The position numbers and the translations under genes were made by a program. DNA of 64,000 bases, taken from contig CAXWPL010000005.1 in assembly GCA_963666215.2 (NCBI GenBank), positions 256,001 through 320,000 of the forward strand, read 5' to 3'. Numbering within the stretch: the first letter of the stretch is position 1; each line of letters starts with the position of its first letter. The DNA is from Acidobacteriota bacterium (GTDB lineage Bacteria > Acidobacteriota > UBA890 > WLXD01). Under the pieces are notes generated by a model, which did not search any database, was not told where the DNA came from, and saw nothing but the letters and a program-made list of their open reading frames with translations. Positions 52,092 through 63,744 of the stretch are shown here, in pieces.

Positions 52092-52228
52092 CGATCGTGC
52101 TCCGTGCCGCCGGTCGCGAGACATCACGCGGCCGCAGCGGCTAGGCGAGCGTCCGAGGTATCGGACCGCGCCGAGGAAGTTGGGATCTGGGACCCATTGG
52201 CGAACCGGAGGGCGTGGAGTCGGCGGCC

Positions 52229-54040
<1,812 letters not shown>

Positions 54041-54895
54041 CTACACAGCGTCATCGTCTTCGATCAGCTTCCGCACCCGCTCCAGATCGGCGGGAGTGTC
54101 CACCCCCGGCGCCACCTCCGGAACTTCGTATGTCTGGATTTCTTCTCCCGCTTCGAGAACGCGCAGTTGCTCGAGACGTTCGCTACGCTCGAGCGAGGAC
54201 GGCGGAATTGTAGCCCACCGCAACAGGGCATTCCGTCGATACATGTAGATGCCGACGTGCAGCCAGTACGGCCCCGGGAGCGCCGGAGCTCCGTCGAACT
54301 CGACCACCGCCCCACCGCCGCCCTCTTCGCCCTGGTCACAGGCCAGCGGACGGCTGGCTCGCCAGACGTTTCGCGGGAAAGGCAGCGCCGCGCGGCTGAA
54401 GTAGAGCGCCCGACCGTTGTGGTCGACGACAACCTTGACGACGTTGGGGTCCCAAAGATCCGCTGCCGCCACGAGCGGCGCGCGCAGGGTGCCGTAGTCG
54501 TGCTCCGAAGCGGCAAAGCTACCCAGCGCGCGGCCCACCGCTTGAGCGTCGAACAGCGGCTCATCTCCTTGAATGTTCAACACCAGATCGGCATCGAGCG
54601 TCGCGGCAACGTGTGCCACCCGATCGGTCCCCGAAGCGAGGTCGCCGGGCGTTTCGACAGCTCGGGCACCCGCGGTCTGAGCCGCGTCGGCGATACGCTG
54701 ATCGTCGGTCGCCACCACGATCTCCTCGGGACCTTCGATGCCACGACAGCGCTCGATAACGTGGGCGATCATCGGGCGACCGGCGAGCAAGGCCAACGGC
54801 TTGCCGGGAAATCGTGTTGAGCCGTAGCGCGCAGGGATCACGGCGACGCAACTCAGGGCACCGACTTCCCCGGACGGCTGCGCGGCCGTGGGCAT
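54041..54895 (-). CDS. kdsB: CMP-Kdo synthetase
   Basis: IPARYGSTRFPGKPL, SGTDR, NIQGDEP, VKVV, ALYFSR, LEQLR. Confidence 0.96.
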   Translation of the reverse strand: MPTAAQPSGEVGALSCVAVIPARYGSTRFPGKPLALLAGRPMIAHVIERCRGIEGPEEIVVATDDQRIADAAQTAGARAVETPGDLASGTDRVAHVAATLDADLVLNIQGDEPLFDAQAVGRALGSFAASEHDYGTLRAPLVAAADLWDPNVVKVVVDHNGRALYFSRAALPFPRNVWRASRPLACDQGEEGGGGAVVEFDGAPALPGPYWLHVGIYMYRRNALLRWATIPPSSLERSERLEQLRVLEAGEEIQTYEVPEVAPGVDTPADLERVRKLIEDDDAV

Positions 54896-54899
54896 CGAT

Positions 54900-55196
54900 C
54901 TAGCCGCGATCGCCGGCCGGCTCGGCGGCGCTGCCTACCGGCCCCGGGGGCAACATCTCTGCCAGCTCCGCCAGAGTGGCATCGAGTAGGGCCTCGGTTT
55001 GATCGTCCGGAATCACGACGTCGAAAACCTCCTCTGCCGCTACCAGCAGATCGATAATCTCCACCGAGGCAAGGCCCAGATCACTCTGCAGGCGAGACTC
55101 CGGGCCAATGTAGAGGGAGCGCTCTCGCAGCATCGGCTTGACCTCGTAGACGAGCTCACCCAGCCGCTGGATGACACCAGGATCGGCGGCGCTCAT
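54900..55196 (-). CDS. Acyl carrier protein
   Basis: SRLQSDLGLASVEIIDLLVAAEEVFDVVIPD; Ser retained but D replaced by A in the DS motif. ATG overlaps the FAAL stop. Confidence 0.8.
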   Translation of the reverse strand: MSAADPGVIQRLGELVYEVKPMLRERSLYIGPESRLQSDLGLASVEIIDLLVAAEEVFDVVIPDDQTEALLDATLAELAEMLPPGPVGSAAEPAGDRG

Positions 55197-56977
55197 GGCA
55201 GCTCGCGGGCCATGTACATCGTGCGGCACTTCGCGCGGCACCGCTTACCGCTGGTGGTGCGCGGAATCCGACCGCGCTCCACCAGCACAACGTCGAGCAA
55301 CGGGAGGCCCATACCGTCGGCGACCGCCTCACGGATCGCCGCAGCGACGCCACTTCGGCGACCGTTGTCGGAGCCGGCGGGGGCGGCGGCACGCCCGTTA
55401 CCGTTCGCCGGTGAAGCGACGACAACGATCCCCTCTCGGTCCCCGTCGTCGACGCCGAAAGCCACAGCGCTGCCGTCGCGAACCTCTGCAAGGCCCTCGA
55501 CCACCCACTCGATATCTTGCGGGTAGATGTTGCGGCCGTCGACGATGATCAGCTCCTTGGCCCGCCCGGTCACGAACAACTCGCCGTTGCGAAAAAAGCC
55601 CAGGTCGCCGCTATGCAGCCAGCCGTCGCGAAGCACCTCCGCGGTGGCGCGCTCGTTGTCGAAGTACCCCGACATCACCGAGTCGCCCGCGATGACGATC
55701 TCGCCAATCGTGCCGTCGGGAACCGGGAGTCCGTAGCAATCGAGAATTCGAACCTGCATGGCGCCGATCGGCTCGCCAACCCCGACCAGCACCAGGTCGC
55801 CGCTAGCGTGACGCGTGGCTTCGCTTACAAGGCCCGCGTTCTCGAACGAATCGCGCTCGCAACGCAGCAACGTATGGCGGCGATCAACCTCTGATCCGGT
55901 GACCATGAGTCCGACTTCAGCGAGCCCGTACGCCGGCGTGAAAGCCGTGGGCGACATGCCGAGGGGCTCGAACGCGGCCGAGAACGACTCGAGCAGATAG
56001 GGGTCGATCGGCTCGGCACCAACAATCGCGATGCGCCAGGCGTCGAGTCGCTGGCCGCCTGGGCGGCCGCGACGCAGCAGGTGTCGGTAGCTGGCGTTGG
56101 GTCCGGCGGTAGCCGATACACGATGGCGCTCCATGATCTCGAGCCAGCGGCGAGGACGACGCAGAAAGCCGAAGGGAGTCGTCATCACCAGGCTCATACA
56201 CGCGGCGGTGGCCGACAGGAGGTTACCGATCAGCCCCATATCGTGGAACAACGGCAGCCATCCACCGCCAATATCTTCAGGCGTGACGCCCAGATGGTCG
56301 ACGATGGCTCGGACGTTGGCCATCACCTGGCGGTTCTCCAGCACAACACCGCGCGGCGCCGACGTGCTGCCGGAGGTGAACTGAATCAGGCAGACGCGGT
56401 TGGAAGCGTCGTCACCGGCCGGGGAGCCCTCGGACCACGGCGTCGACAATGCCGCGCCGCAGGCCGGCTGTAGCTCGTCAGCGCGCAGCAAGGCACCGCC
56501 CTCCAGGTCGGCTGCGGCCACCAGTTCGTCGTCAACTCGAGCGAGCGCCTCGTCCACCAGAACACGCCGCGGCCGAGCCACTCGCAAGACGCCGCTCGCG
56601 TGCCGAACGTAGCTCGCCAGTCGCCGACGGCCGACCGGGGTCGGCAGAATGCTCGGCTGCAGGCCTCCCATCTGCGCCGCGAAAAACGCGGTCACGAGGC
56701 CGCGTAGATCGCCCAGTAGCAGGGCGATCCGATCGCCCGACTGCAGGCCGGTCCCGCGCAGGCGCCCCGCCATCTCGCCAGCCTCGTCGAGTAGTTGCGG
56801 CCAGTTCTGCCGCCGTTCCTCGCCGCCATCGACGTAAATCAGCCCGCGCTCTGGCTCCAGGCGCGCGGCGCGCTCGAGCAGGTCCGAAATCGTGCGAGGC
56901 TGGTCGCTCGGCAAGGCCGACTCATCCGAGAGGTGTCGGCCGGGCGTTGCAAGGCTTGTGAGTCGGCTCGGGGTCAC
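55193..56977 (-). CDS. Fatty acyl-AMP ligase (FAAL)
   Basis: QFTSGSTSAPRGV, WLPLFHDMGLIG, GAEPI, YGLAE plus FAAL-type insertion, GRAKELII..GRNIYPQDIE, RTTSGK. Confidence 0.92.
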   Translation of the reverse strand: MTPSRLTSLATPGRHLSDESALPSDQPRTISDLLERAARLEPERGLIYVDGGEERRQNWPQLLDEAGEMAGRLRGTGLQSGDRIALLLGDLRGLVTAFFAAQMGGLQPSILPTPVGRRRLASYVRHASGVLRVARPRRVLVDEALARVDDELVAAADLEGGALLRADELQPACGAALSTPWSEGSPAGDDASNRVCLIQFTSGSTSAPRGVVLENRQVMANVRAIVDHLGVTPEDIGGGWLPLFHDMGLIGNLLSATAACMSLVMTTPFGFLRRPRRWLEIMERHRVSATAGPNASYRHLLRRGRPGGQRLDAWRIAIVGAEPIDPYLLESFSAAFEPLGMSPTAFTPAYGLAEVGLMVTGSEVDRRHTLLRCERDSFENAGLVSEATRHASGDLVLVGVGEPIGAMQVRILDCYGLPVPDGTIGEIVIAGDSVMSGYFDNERATAEVLRDGWLHSGDLGFFRNGELFVTGRAKELIIVDGRNIYPQDIEWVVEGLAEVRDGSAVAFGVDDGDREGIVVVASPANGNGRAAAPAGSDNGRRSGVAAAIREAVADGMGLPLLDVVLVERGRIPRTTSGKRCRAKCRTMYMARELP

Positions 56978-57055
56978 GCGCTGGCTCCGACGATTTCGCG
57001 TCAGTCTGACTCGGGGAACCCGGAACGACGTCGGTCCAAGGCGGGGTCGAGAAAC

Positions 57056-58330
57056 TCAGGCCACGCCGGCAGGGGCGATCGCGGCATGCCGAGCATAAAC
57101 CAACGACCAGGCGTCTTCCGTATCGGCGCCGGTGATCAGCAACCCGTGGTTGGTGAGCCCGAGGATCGTTCGGTCCGGATCCTCGGTCCGGCTCAGACCG
57201 TCGACGATCGAATCGCACAGCTCCACGGTGCCGCACGGGTAGTGGTTGTCGGTGTACACAATGTCGTCGAGCTCGGCGTGAATGTGGATCATCGAGCCAA
57301 TCTTCGGGTAGGCGTCGTAGATCACGGCGTGAATCGACGTATCGATTGAGGAGCGCGCCTCGTCGTACCCGGAAGGAACACGCAAATAGACCGCGCGCTC
57401 ATCCCTATCGAACCGATCGATGTAGACCAGGTCGCGGCCAATGACATCGAGGGCGGCCTTGTCGACACCTCGGCCGGTCATCCAGAAGCCCGTCCTACCG
57501 GGCTCGCGAGCGCTCATGTTGCCGTAGCTGATCTGCCGCAGCCCGAGCACCTTGAAGTAACGCCGCCGGGCGCGCCCCGACAGCCCGTCCAGCGGAACCG
57601 CCGGCGGCACCAGATCGAGACCGTCAAGGCGCCGCGCGACGTCCTGTATCGACGCCGTCACGGCTGTTCCGGCACAAAGATCGGCTGCCAGATCGGTGCT
57701 GACGACGTTGTCGTCGATGTAGGTAACGTCGGAGCGCCGCACGAGAGTGAGAAACAGCTCGTCGAACAGCTCTGCCGTTGGGCCGCACGATGAATCGGAA
57801 TCAGGCTCGCCTTCAGCGGCGACGCGCTTGGTGCCAACGACCGTCTCGATACCACGCTCCGGGGTCACCAGCGTTAGCAGCAGCTCGTTGGAGTCATCGC
57901 CGGTGCCCTCGACATCGATGGCCAGATTCGCCATCACCGTCAGACCGGCCTCGTAGGCGCGCACAACTTTCGCGCCTTCACCGGAGCCCGGCTCTCCGAT
58001 ATAGATCAGCCCGATGAAATCCTGGTAGCTGCGGCGCACGATTGGCAGCCGCGACGCCACCATCGGATCGTCCATCACAGCCAGCGTGACATCGGCCTGC
58101 TCCAGCGAATCGGCTGGAAGGTCGAGCAGCTCGTAGCGGTCGGACTCCGCGAAGCGCCAGCGCAACTCGGACGCGAAACCCTGCAACATCGGTGAGCTGC
58201 TGGGTGCGAACAGGCGGACCGTCTTCATGTCGTCAAACCTAGGGAACTCGCTGCGAATCACCCGGTGCTGCCGGATGACCGCGGCCTCGTTTCGTTCGCG
58301 GAAGCGGGCCAACACCGACCGTACAATCAA
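57056..58330 (-). CDS. Class II aldolase/adducin-domain protein with long uncharacterised N-terminal domain
   Basis: C-terminal YGNMSAR, SSIDTSIH..IY, HIH and NHG motifs; about 250 N-terminal residues not recognised. Confidence 0.75.
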   Translation of the reverse strand: MIVRSVLARFRERNEAAVIRQHRVIRSEFPRFDDMKTVRLFAPSSSPMLQGFASELRWRFAESDRYELLDLPADSLEQADVTLAVMDDPMVASRLPIVRRSYQDFIGLIYIGEPGSGEGAKVVRAYEAGLTVMANLAIDVEGTGDDSNELLLTLVTPERGIETVVGTKRVAAEGEPDSDSSCGPTAELFDELFLTLVRRSDVTYIDDNVVSTDLAADLCAGTAVTASIQDVARRLDGLDLVPPAVPLDGLSGRARRRYFKVLGLRQISYGNMSAREPGRTGFWMTGRGVDKAALDVIGRDLVYIDRFDRDERAVYLRVPSGYDEARSSIDTSIHAVIYDAYPKIGSMIHIHAELDDIVYTDNHYPCGTVELCDSIVDGLSRTEDPDRTILGLTNHGLLITGADTEDAWSLVYARHAAIAPAGVA

Positions 58331-58373
58331 CAGGCATCGCGGTCGGCCCGGGGATGTGAAGCGGCAACAGTAT

Positions 58374-59324
58374 CTATTTCGGCATTCTCAGGCGCAATCC
58401 GCCTGGCAGCACTCGGAGCCTTCCGGGCAAGCGGCCCGGGATCTCCCCGTCGAGCTCCACGGCTACCGCCTCACCCTCGAGACTGAGCTCGGCGCACTCC
58501 AAATAGGTGACAGCCGGGTGATCGGTGCCCGTCCCTTTCATCAGGCGCGGCAGTTGCCGCAGCGCTTCAAAGGTCGGCATCGAGCCAATACAGGCGATCG
58601 CCAACAGCCCACTTCGCAGGTCGGCGTCCGGGCAGGGGCGCATGCCACCGCCGAAGAACGGACCGTTGCAGACCGAAAGGTTGAGCACGGCCGCGGAGTG
58701 GGCGTCACCCTCGTCGGCCGCCAAGCTCAGCTCGACGAGTTGTGGGCGCAGCAACTCCAATGCCGACGCGATGACGTAGGCCGGCGCGCCCATCGCGCCG
58801 AGCAGCCGCGAACTCGCCACACGTTCGGCAACCGTCGGGCCGAGTCCGATGTTGGCGGCGTTGAGGAAGTACTTGGTAATTCGACCATGATCCGTACTGA
58901 GGTCAGCTACCCCCACATCGACGAGCATCTCGTAGCCCTGCGGCAGGCGGCGCAGGTTGTCCAGCGGGTCGGGCGACAGCCCGAGTCCACGAGCGAAGTC
59001 GCAGCCGGTCCCCATTGGCACGTGGGCCAACGTCGGCGCGTCCTGCGACTCGGCCCCCAACAGCCCGTTGACGACCTCGTGCGCCGTGCCATCGCCGCCA
59101 ATTGCGACAACCAGGTCCACGCTGCTGGCCGCTGCCGTTCGCGCCAGGTCGGTGGCATGGCCGGGCCCGTTGGTCAATTCAACCCGAACGTCATCGCGTG
59201 ATTGGCGATCGGAGCCGGAATCGCCGGCGGCGGGCCAGCCGTTGAGAATCTCTCTCACCGACGCGACGCGCTTGCCCGCACGCCCGCTGGCAGCGACGGG
59301 GTTCAGGATGACAACCGTGCTCAT
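58374..59324 (-). CDS. Diacylglycerol/lipid kinase family protein (DgkB/YegS/sphingosine kinase fold)
   Basis: VILNPVA, GGDGT.HEVVNG, P.GTGCDFAR, NGPFFGGG, LDGE. Confidence 0.92.
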   Translation of the reverse strand: MSTVVILNPVAASGRAGKRVASVREILNGWPAAGDSGSDRQSRDDVRVELTNGPGHATDLARTAAASSVDLVVAIGGDGTAHEVVNGLLGAESQDAPTLAHVPMGTGCDFARGLGLSPDPLDNLRRLPQGYEMLVDVGVADLSTDHGRITKYFLNAANIGLGPTVAERVASSRLLGAMGAPAYVIASALELLRPQLVELSLAADEGDAHSAAVLNLSVCNGPFFGGGMRPCPDADLRSGLLAIACIGSMPTFEALRQLPRLMKGTGTDHPAVTYLECAELSLEGEAVAVELDGEIPGRLPGRLRVLPGGLRLRMPK

Positions 59325-59754
59325 GATCTCCTCGCGACCACGCAACATCCGAGCGCTCGTGGCTGCTCTCGCCCGCTCTTGACGACACGACAGGCGGAAA
59401 CCTATCGTAGCTCCGACCGCGGTCGTGTGAACGACGGCGTGGCGAGCGCGTTGCGTGGGAAGAACGCGTGTGCGTGGTCAATACATTCGGGAAGCCATCA
59501 TTCATACCTATCGATCATCCTCCTGCTGATGGTTCCTCTTGGGCTTCGGCCCTCGTAGGCCAATCAACCAAGAACAGCCCGCGCGCTCGCCACAGCAAGC
59601 CGTCGGATTTTTCCCTCTGGGCAAGGGTTCCCGTGCGCCTGGCGCCGGGGCCAGCGCTGTCGCGGCCCGTCGATTGCCTGGAAAGAGCCCTCCGTGCGAA
59701 CGGAGAAGATCCTCTTGGGCTGCGCACGGGCCGAGGCCGCGCGTAGGGGGAACT

Positions 59755-60927
59755 ATGCGTCCGATCCGGATCGCAATCGTCGGCGTGGGCAACTGCGCCA
59801 GCTCGTTGCTGCAGGGAATCGAGTGGTACCGCCGCCGGTCCACCGACTTCGCTACGCGCGACGCGGTGCGCGAAGAGCACCTCGGCCTGATGAACTACGA
59901 GATCGGCGGCTATCGGCCGTTCGATATCGAGGTGGTCGCCGCATTCGACGTCGACGGCCGCAAGGTCGGCCTGCCCGTCGAAGAGACGATTTTTTCGCCG
60001 CCCAACAACACGATGGTGCTGCAGCGTGATCTGCCCGCCACCGAGGTGTTCGTGCAGATGTCGCCCGTTCTCGATGGGGTGGCCGAGCACATGGCTGATT
60101 ATCCGGACCGGCAGACATTCGTTGTTGCCGACGAGCCGGCCGTCGATGTGGAGCGAGTGCTGCGCGCCAGCGGCGCCGAGATCCTGCTCAACTACCTGCC
60201 CGTCGGCTCCGAGGCGGCGACTCGATTCTATGCCGAGTGCGCGCTCAACACCGGAACGTCGTTCATCAACTGCATTCCGGTATTCATCGTGTCCGACGAG
60301 GGCTGGGGCCGGCGCTTCGCCGAGTCCGGAATCCCCTGCGTCGGAGACGAGATCAAGGCACAGGTGGGCGCCACGATCACGCACCGCGCGCTAGCTCGAC
60401 TCATGGTCGAGCGCGGCGCCCGGCTTGACCGCACCTATCAGCTCAACACCGGTGGCAACACCGACTTCCTCAACATGCTCAACCGCGACCGACTGGCGTC
60501 GAAGAAGATCAGCAAGACGGCGGCGGTGGCCTCACAGCTGCCGTATGAGATGTCGCCCGACGACATCCACATCGGCCCCTCCGATTTCGTGCCGTGGCAG
60601 AAGGACAACAAGCTCTGCTTTCTGCGACTCGAGGGGCGCGGCTTTGCCGGCTTCCCGGTGGAGATGGAGCTGCGACTGTCGGTGGAGGACTCGCCCAACA
60701 GCGCCGGCTGCTGCGTCGATGCCATCCGCGCCTGCAAGCTGGCGCGCGATAGAGGCATCGGAGGACCTCTCGAGGACATCTCGGCGTACCTCATGAAGCA
60801 CCCGCCACGACAGATGACCGACGACCATGCCCGACGACGAGTCGAGGCCTTCGTTAGCCACTCTCCACCGACTGACCTACCTTCGCCCGACAGCGATCGC
60901 GTGGACCTGGCGCACGCGACGGCGTAG
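59755..60927 (+). CDS. ino1: myo-Inositol-1(3)-phosphate synthase
   Basis: IAIVGVGNCASSL, YLPVGS, FINCIPVFI, YQLNTGGNTDFLNM, SKKISKT, DSPNSAG. Confidence 0.95.
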   Translation: MRPIRIAIVGVGNCASSLLQGIEWYRRRSTDFATRDAVREEHLGLMNYEIGGYRPFDIEVVAAFDVDGRKVGLPVEETIFSPPNNTMVLQRDLPATEVFVQMSPVLDGVAEHMADYPDRQTFVVADEPAVDVERVLRASGAEILLNYLPVGSEAATRFYAECALNTGTSFINCIPVFIVSDEGWGRRFAESGIPCVGDEIKAQVGATITHRALARLMVERGARLDRTYQLNTGGNTDFLNMLNRDRLASKKISKTAAVASQLPYEMSPDDIHIGPSDFVPWQKDNKLCFLRLEGRGFAGFPVEMELRLSVEDSPNSAGCCVDAIRACKLARDRGIGGPLEDISAYLMKHPPRQMTDDHARRRVEAFVSHSPPTDLPSPDSDRVDLAHATA

Positions 60928-61067
60928 TCTCCCGGGGGCCGTCAAAGGGGCGCTGGCCGCCCCTTCGGCGGTCAGCCGAGAACCGCCGACGTCTACCAGT
61001 TATCCGATGCCTCTCGAGATCCATTAGGGGCTCAGCATCGAGCCTCTCGCGAGGCCTCCGACACAGC

Positions 61068-61664
61068 ATGATCAGTCACTCCATCGCACGCTTCTTCCAG
61101 GCGCTGAAGGCCGCTATCGCCAAGGCGGTCAGTTCCATTGGAATCCATCCGAACTTCATCACCGTCTCATCGCTGTTCCCGATGGTGATCGCCGCCTGGG
61201 CTCTTTCCGAAGGACGTCTGGTGACCGCCGGGCTCTGGATCATCGCCGGCGGCGCGCTCGACCTGATCGACGGCGCGGTGGCGCGGCTCTCGGGCAAGGC
61301 GACGCCATTCGGTGGCGTGCTCGATTCAGTTGTCGACCGAGCCTCCGACACGCTTCTGTACGTGGGCGCGGTCCTCTACTTCGACCGCATCGGCGAGCCG
61401 CTCTACGTCGGTCTCAGCGCCATCGCCCTGGGCGGAGCGCTGGCCGTCTCGTACACCCGGGCGCGCGCCGAGAACGTCATTCCCGAATGCGAGGTCGGCT
61501 TCTTCGAGCGCGGCGAGCGCATCGTGCTGCTGTTGCTCGGATTACTGGTCAACCGCCTGCCCCAAGCCATCCTGTTGCTGGCGGTGCTATCGTGGCTCAC
61601 GACCGTGCAGCGATTGATCCATGCTCACCGCCACATCAGCGCGACAACAGCTCAGGATCGATGA
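61068..61664 (+). CDS. CDP-alcohol phosphatidyltransferase, probable phosphatidylinositol-phosphate synthase
   Basis: HPNFIT, DLIDGAVAR...FGGVLDSVVDR..D signature, VSYTRARAE, ER.ER; follows ino1. Confidence 0.9.
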   Translation: MISHSIARFFQALKAAIAKAVSSIGIHPNFITVSSLFPMVIAAWALSEGRLVTAGLWIIAGGALDLIDGAVARLSGKATPFGGVLDSVVDRASDTLLYVGAVLYFDRIGEPLYVGLSAIALGGALAVSYTRARAENVIPECEVGFFERGERIVLLLLGLLVNRLPQAILLLAVLSWLTTVQRLIHAHRHISATTAQDR

Positions 61665-61734
61665 CCGCAACTTCAACGCCGGGAGGGCGGCCGCCAAGAA
61701 CGGCCAACCAGAGGCATTACCAAGGATCCTCCTG

Positions 61735-62664
61735 ATGACTCAGATGCGCCTATTCGGGGCCCTCGTGGTGACGCTGTTCGCATCGGCCATCTTCACGTCG
61801 GCCAGCCCTCGCGGGTCGACGCCACGGTCGGCGGTTGCGGCTGCACAGAAGTTCTACGTCGCCGACGGCACGGGTTCTGGCAGCAAGGTCGCAGGTGATT
61901 GCGACTCCAATCCGAGCGAATTGTCGGTGCTCAGCTCAGGCTCGGGCAAGCTGAAGAAGATCGGCGACATCGACTTTAACCGGGTTTCCGCGATCGATGT
62001 TGGACTCAACGGCAAGCTCTACGGCGTGGGCGAGAAGAGCAACTGCGACATCGCCTTCATCGAGATCAACACGGACAACGGTCAGGGCACCGAGATCAGG
62101 ACAATCGGGAACGCGCAGGACGACGACAACATCGAAGCGGTCACCGACATGACAGTGCGGAACGCCAAGGAGTTCCTGCTGCACACGTTCGCGTTCAGCC
62201 CCCCGGTTGAGGACCTTCGCCGGATCAAGATCAAGAAAGGCAAGCTCAAGAAGGGGCTGGGTGTAGCCAGTGCCGATTGCTGTGGCGAGGGCCTCGCGCA
62301 CGTATCCAAGAAAGCTGCCGGCCGGTTGGGTTTCGAACAGCCGGCCGCAGTGACACACAACCCAACGCCAACGCCGAAAGAGCCGAAGGGCCTGTGGATT
62401 GTCAACGGCACGGCTGCGGAGCGCTACAAGAAAAAGGGCGCACCGGTGTCGTCGGCACCGATGGACTATGGACCCTTCGGCAAGGGTGCGCGGGTGAACG
62501 CCATGGACCGGTGCCGGGACCAAAAAGTCTACGGGCTGGTCAACGTCGGCGACGGCGGCCCCGAGCGTGAGCCCGGCCTGGTACTTCTCGACCTGGCAAC
62601 TGCCACGTTGCAGCTCGTGGTGCCCGAAGTCGTCGGCGGTGACGCGCTGGCCTGCATCGACTAG
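61735..62664 (+). CDS. Hypothetical secreted, Lys-rich, beta-propeller-like protein
   Basis: Signal peptide; recurring blade-like motifs (KLYGV...IEINTDNG, KVYGL...LLDLATA). Confidence 0.65.
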   Translation: MTQMRLFGALVVTLFASAIFTSASPRGSTPRSAVAAAQKFYVADGTGSGSKVAGDCDSNPSELSVLSSGSGKLKKIGDIDFNRVSAIDVGLNGKLYGVGEKSNCDIAFIEINTDNGQGTEIRTIGNAQDDDNIEAVTDMTVRNAKEFLLHTFAFSPPVEDLRRIKIKKGKLKKGLGVASADCCGEGLAHVSKKAAGRLGFEQPAAVTHNPTPTPKEPKGLWIVNGTAAERYKKKGAPVSSAPMDYGPFGKGARVNAMDRCRDQKVYGLVNVGDGGPEREPGLVLLDLATATLQLVVPEVVGGDALACID

Positions 62665-62709
62665 CTTGATCCAACGGCGCCAGATCGCCTCGACACGCTG
62701 GGGGCGAAG

Positions 62710-63684
62710 CTAGGCGGGTAGCGGGGCCGCCATGTAATGCTGGGGCTTGCGCTGATCGATCGCCGACGCGCGCCGCACACACCCGACGGTGCACGACGGC
62801 GCGCAGCCCTTGGGCGTGTGGTACTCGCGCTCGAGGTCGGCGCGGGTGTACTCGAGTAAGGCGGTACCCGGCTCGCCCCGACGCTGGCTGCAGTACGAGA
62901 CGTCGCCGAACTCATCGATGTACAGGTAGCGAGCGCCAGCGCGGCACTTCCAGTTGGAGATGCCGTCGCTCAGCATGTCGCGCTCCCAGCCCTCGCCGAA
63001 GCCATGAAAAAAGCTCTTCTTCGAATTGCCATGGATCTCGTGGTACAGCTCCGGCAGATCGGCACCGAGAAGCCCCGCGTCGAGCTGGCCCTCGTCGTCG
63101 TGCATCAACCCGACGGTCATGTAGAAGCCGAGCTCGCGAACTCCCGCAACGACCTCACGAGTTTCTTCCGGCGAGCAAGAGCCGAGCACCGCGTTGACGT
63201 TGACCGCGAACCTGGCGTGCTCGACCAAGAGCTTCAAGCGCCCCTTGAGACGCGACCAGGACTTCTGCGAGATCTCGTTGGGTTCGACATTGTCGATGGA
63301 GATCTGCAGCAGCGTCAGCCGGGCCTTGTTGAGGCGCTCGATCCAGGTCTTGGTGAGCGGGTAGCCGTTGGTGATCGAGGTGCACACCATGCCGAGCTTC
63401 ACCGAATGCGCAATCACCTCATCGACCTGCGGATGAATCATCGGCTCACCACCCGTGAGCGTCACCGACACGGTGCCGAGCTCACGCAGCTTGTCGAGCC
63501 TCTGTTTCAGAACGTCGATCGGGATCGGCGCCGAGACCTGGTCGTACTCGTTGCAGTAACCGCACGAGAGATTGCAGCGACGCGTGACGACGATCTGCGT
63601 CTGCAGCGGGACGTACGGATCTCTGAGGGCGCGCAGAACACCGCGCGTCGCACCGAGAAACGGCTGGGGTATGAGTCGCGCCAT
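62710..63684 (-). CDS. Radical SAM protein with C-terminal Cys-rich (Twitch/SPASM-like) domain
   Basis: CNLSCGYC, TGGEP, ITNG, ISID; C-terminal CRAG...DEFGDVSYC...C..SC...C. Confidence 0.92.
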   Translation of the reverse strand: MARLIPQPFLGATRGVLRALRDPYVPLQTQIVVTRRCNLSCGYCNEYDQVSAPIPIDVLKQRLDKLRELGTVSVTLTGGEPMIHPQVDEVIAHSVKLGMVCTSITNGYPLTKTWIERLNKARLTLLQISIDNVEPNEISQKSWSRLKGRLKLLVEHARFAVNVNAVLGSCSPEETREVVAGVRELGFYMTVGLMHDDEGQLDAGLLGADLPELYHEIHGNSKKSFFHGFGEGWERDMLSDGISNWKCRAGARYLYIDEFGDVSYCSQRRGEPGTALLEYTRADLEREYHTPKGCAPSCTVGCVRRASAIDQRKPQHYMAAPLPA

Positions 63685-63744
63685 GGTGTTGCGCCCTTGC
63701 CGCCGCAGCTGCGGCATGCGGTACCGGCCAATCGAGTCGGCCGG

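Noticed and set aside
59325-59754. Possible riboswitch or sRNA in the kinase-ino1 divergent region
   Set aside because: No family motif recognisable by eye; an Rfam/Infernal scan would be needed.
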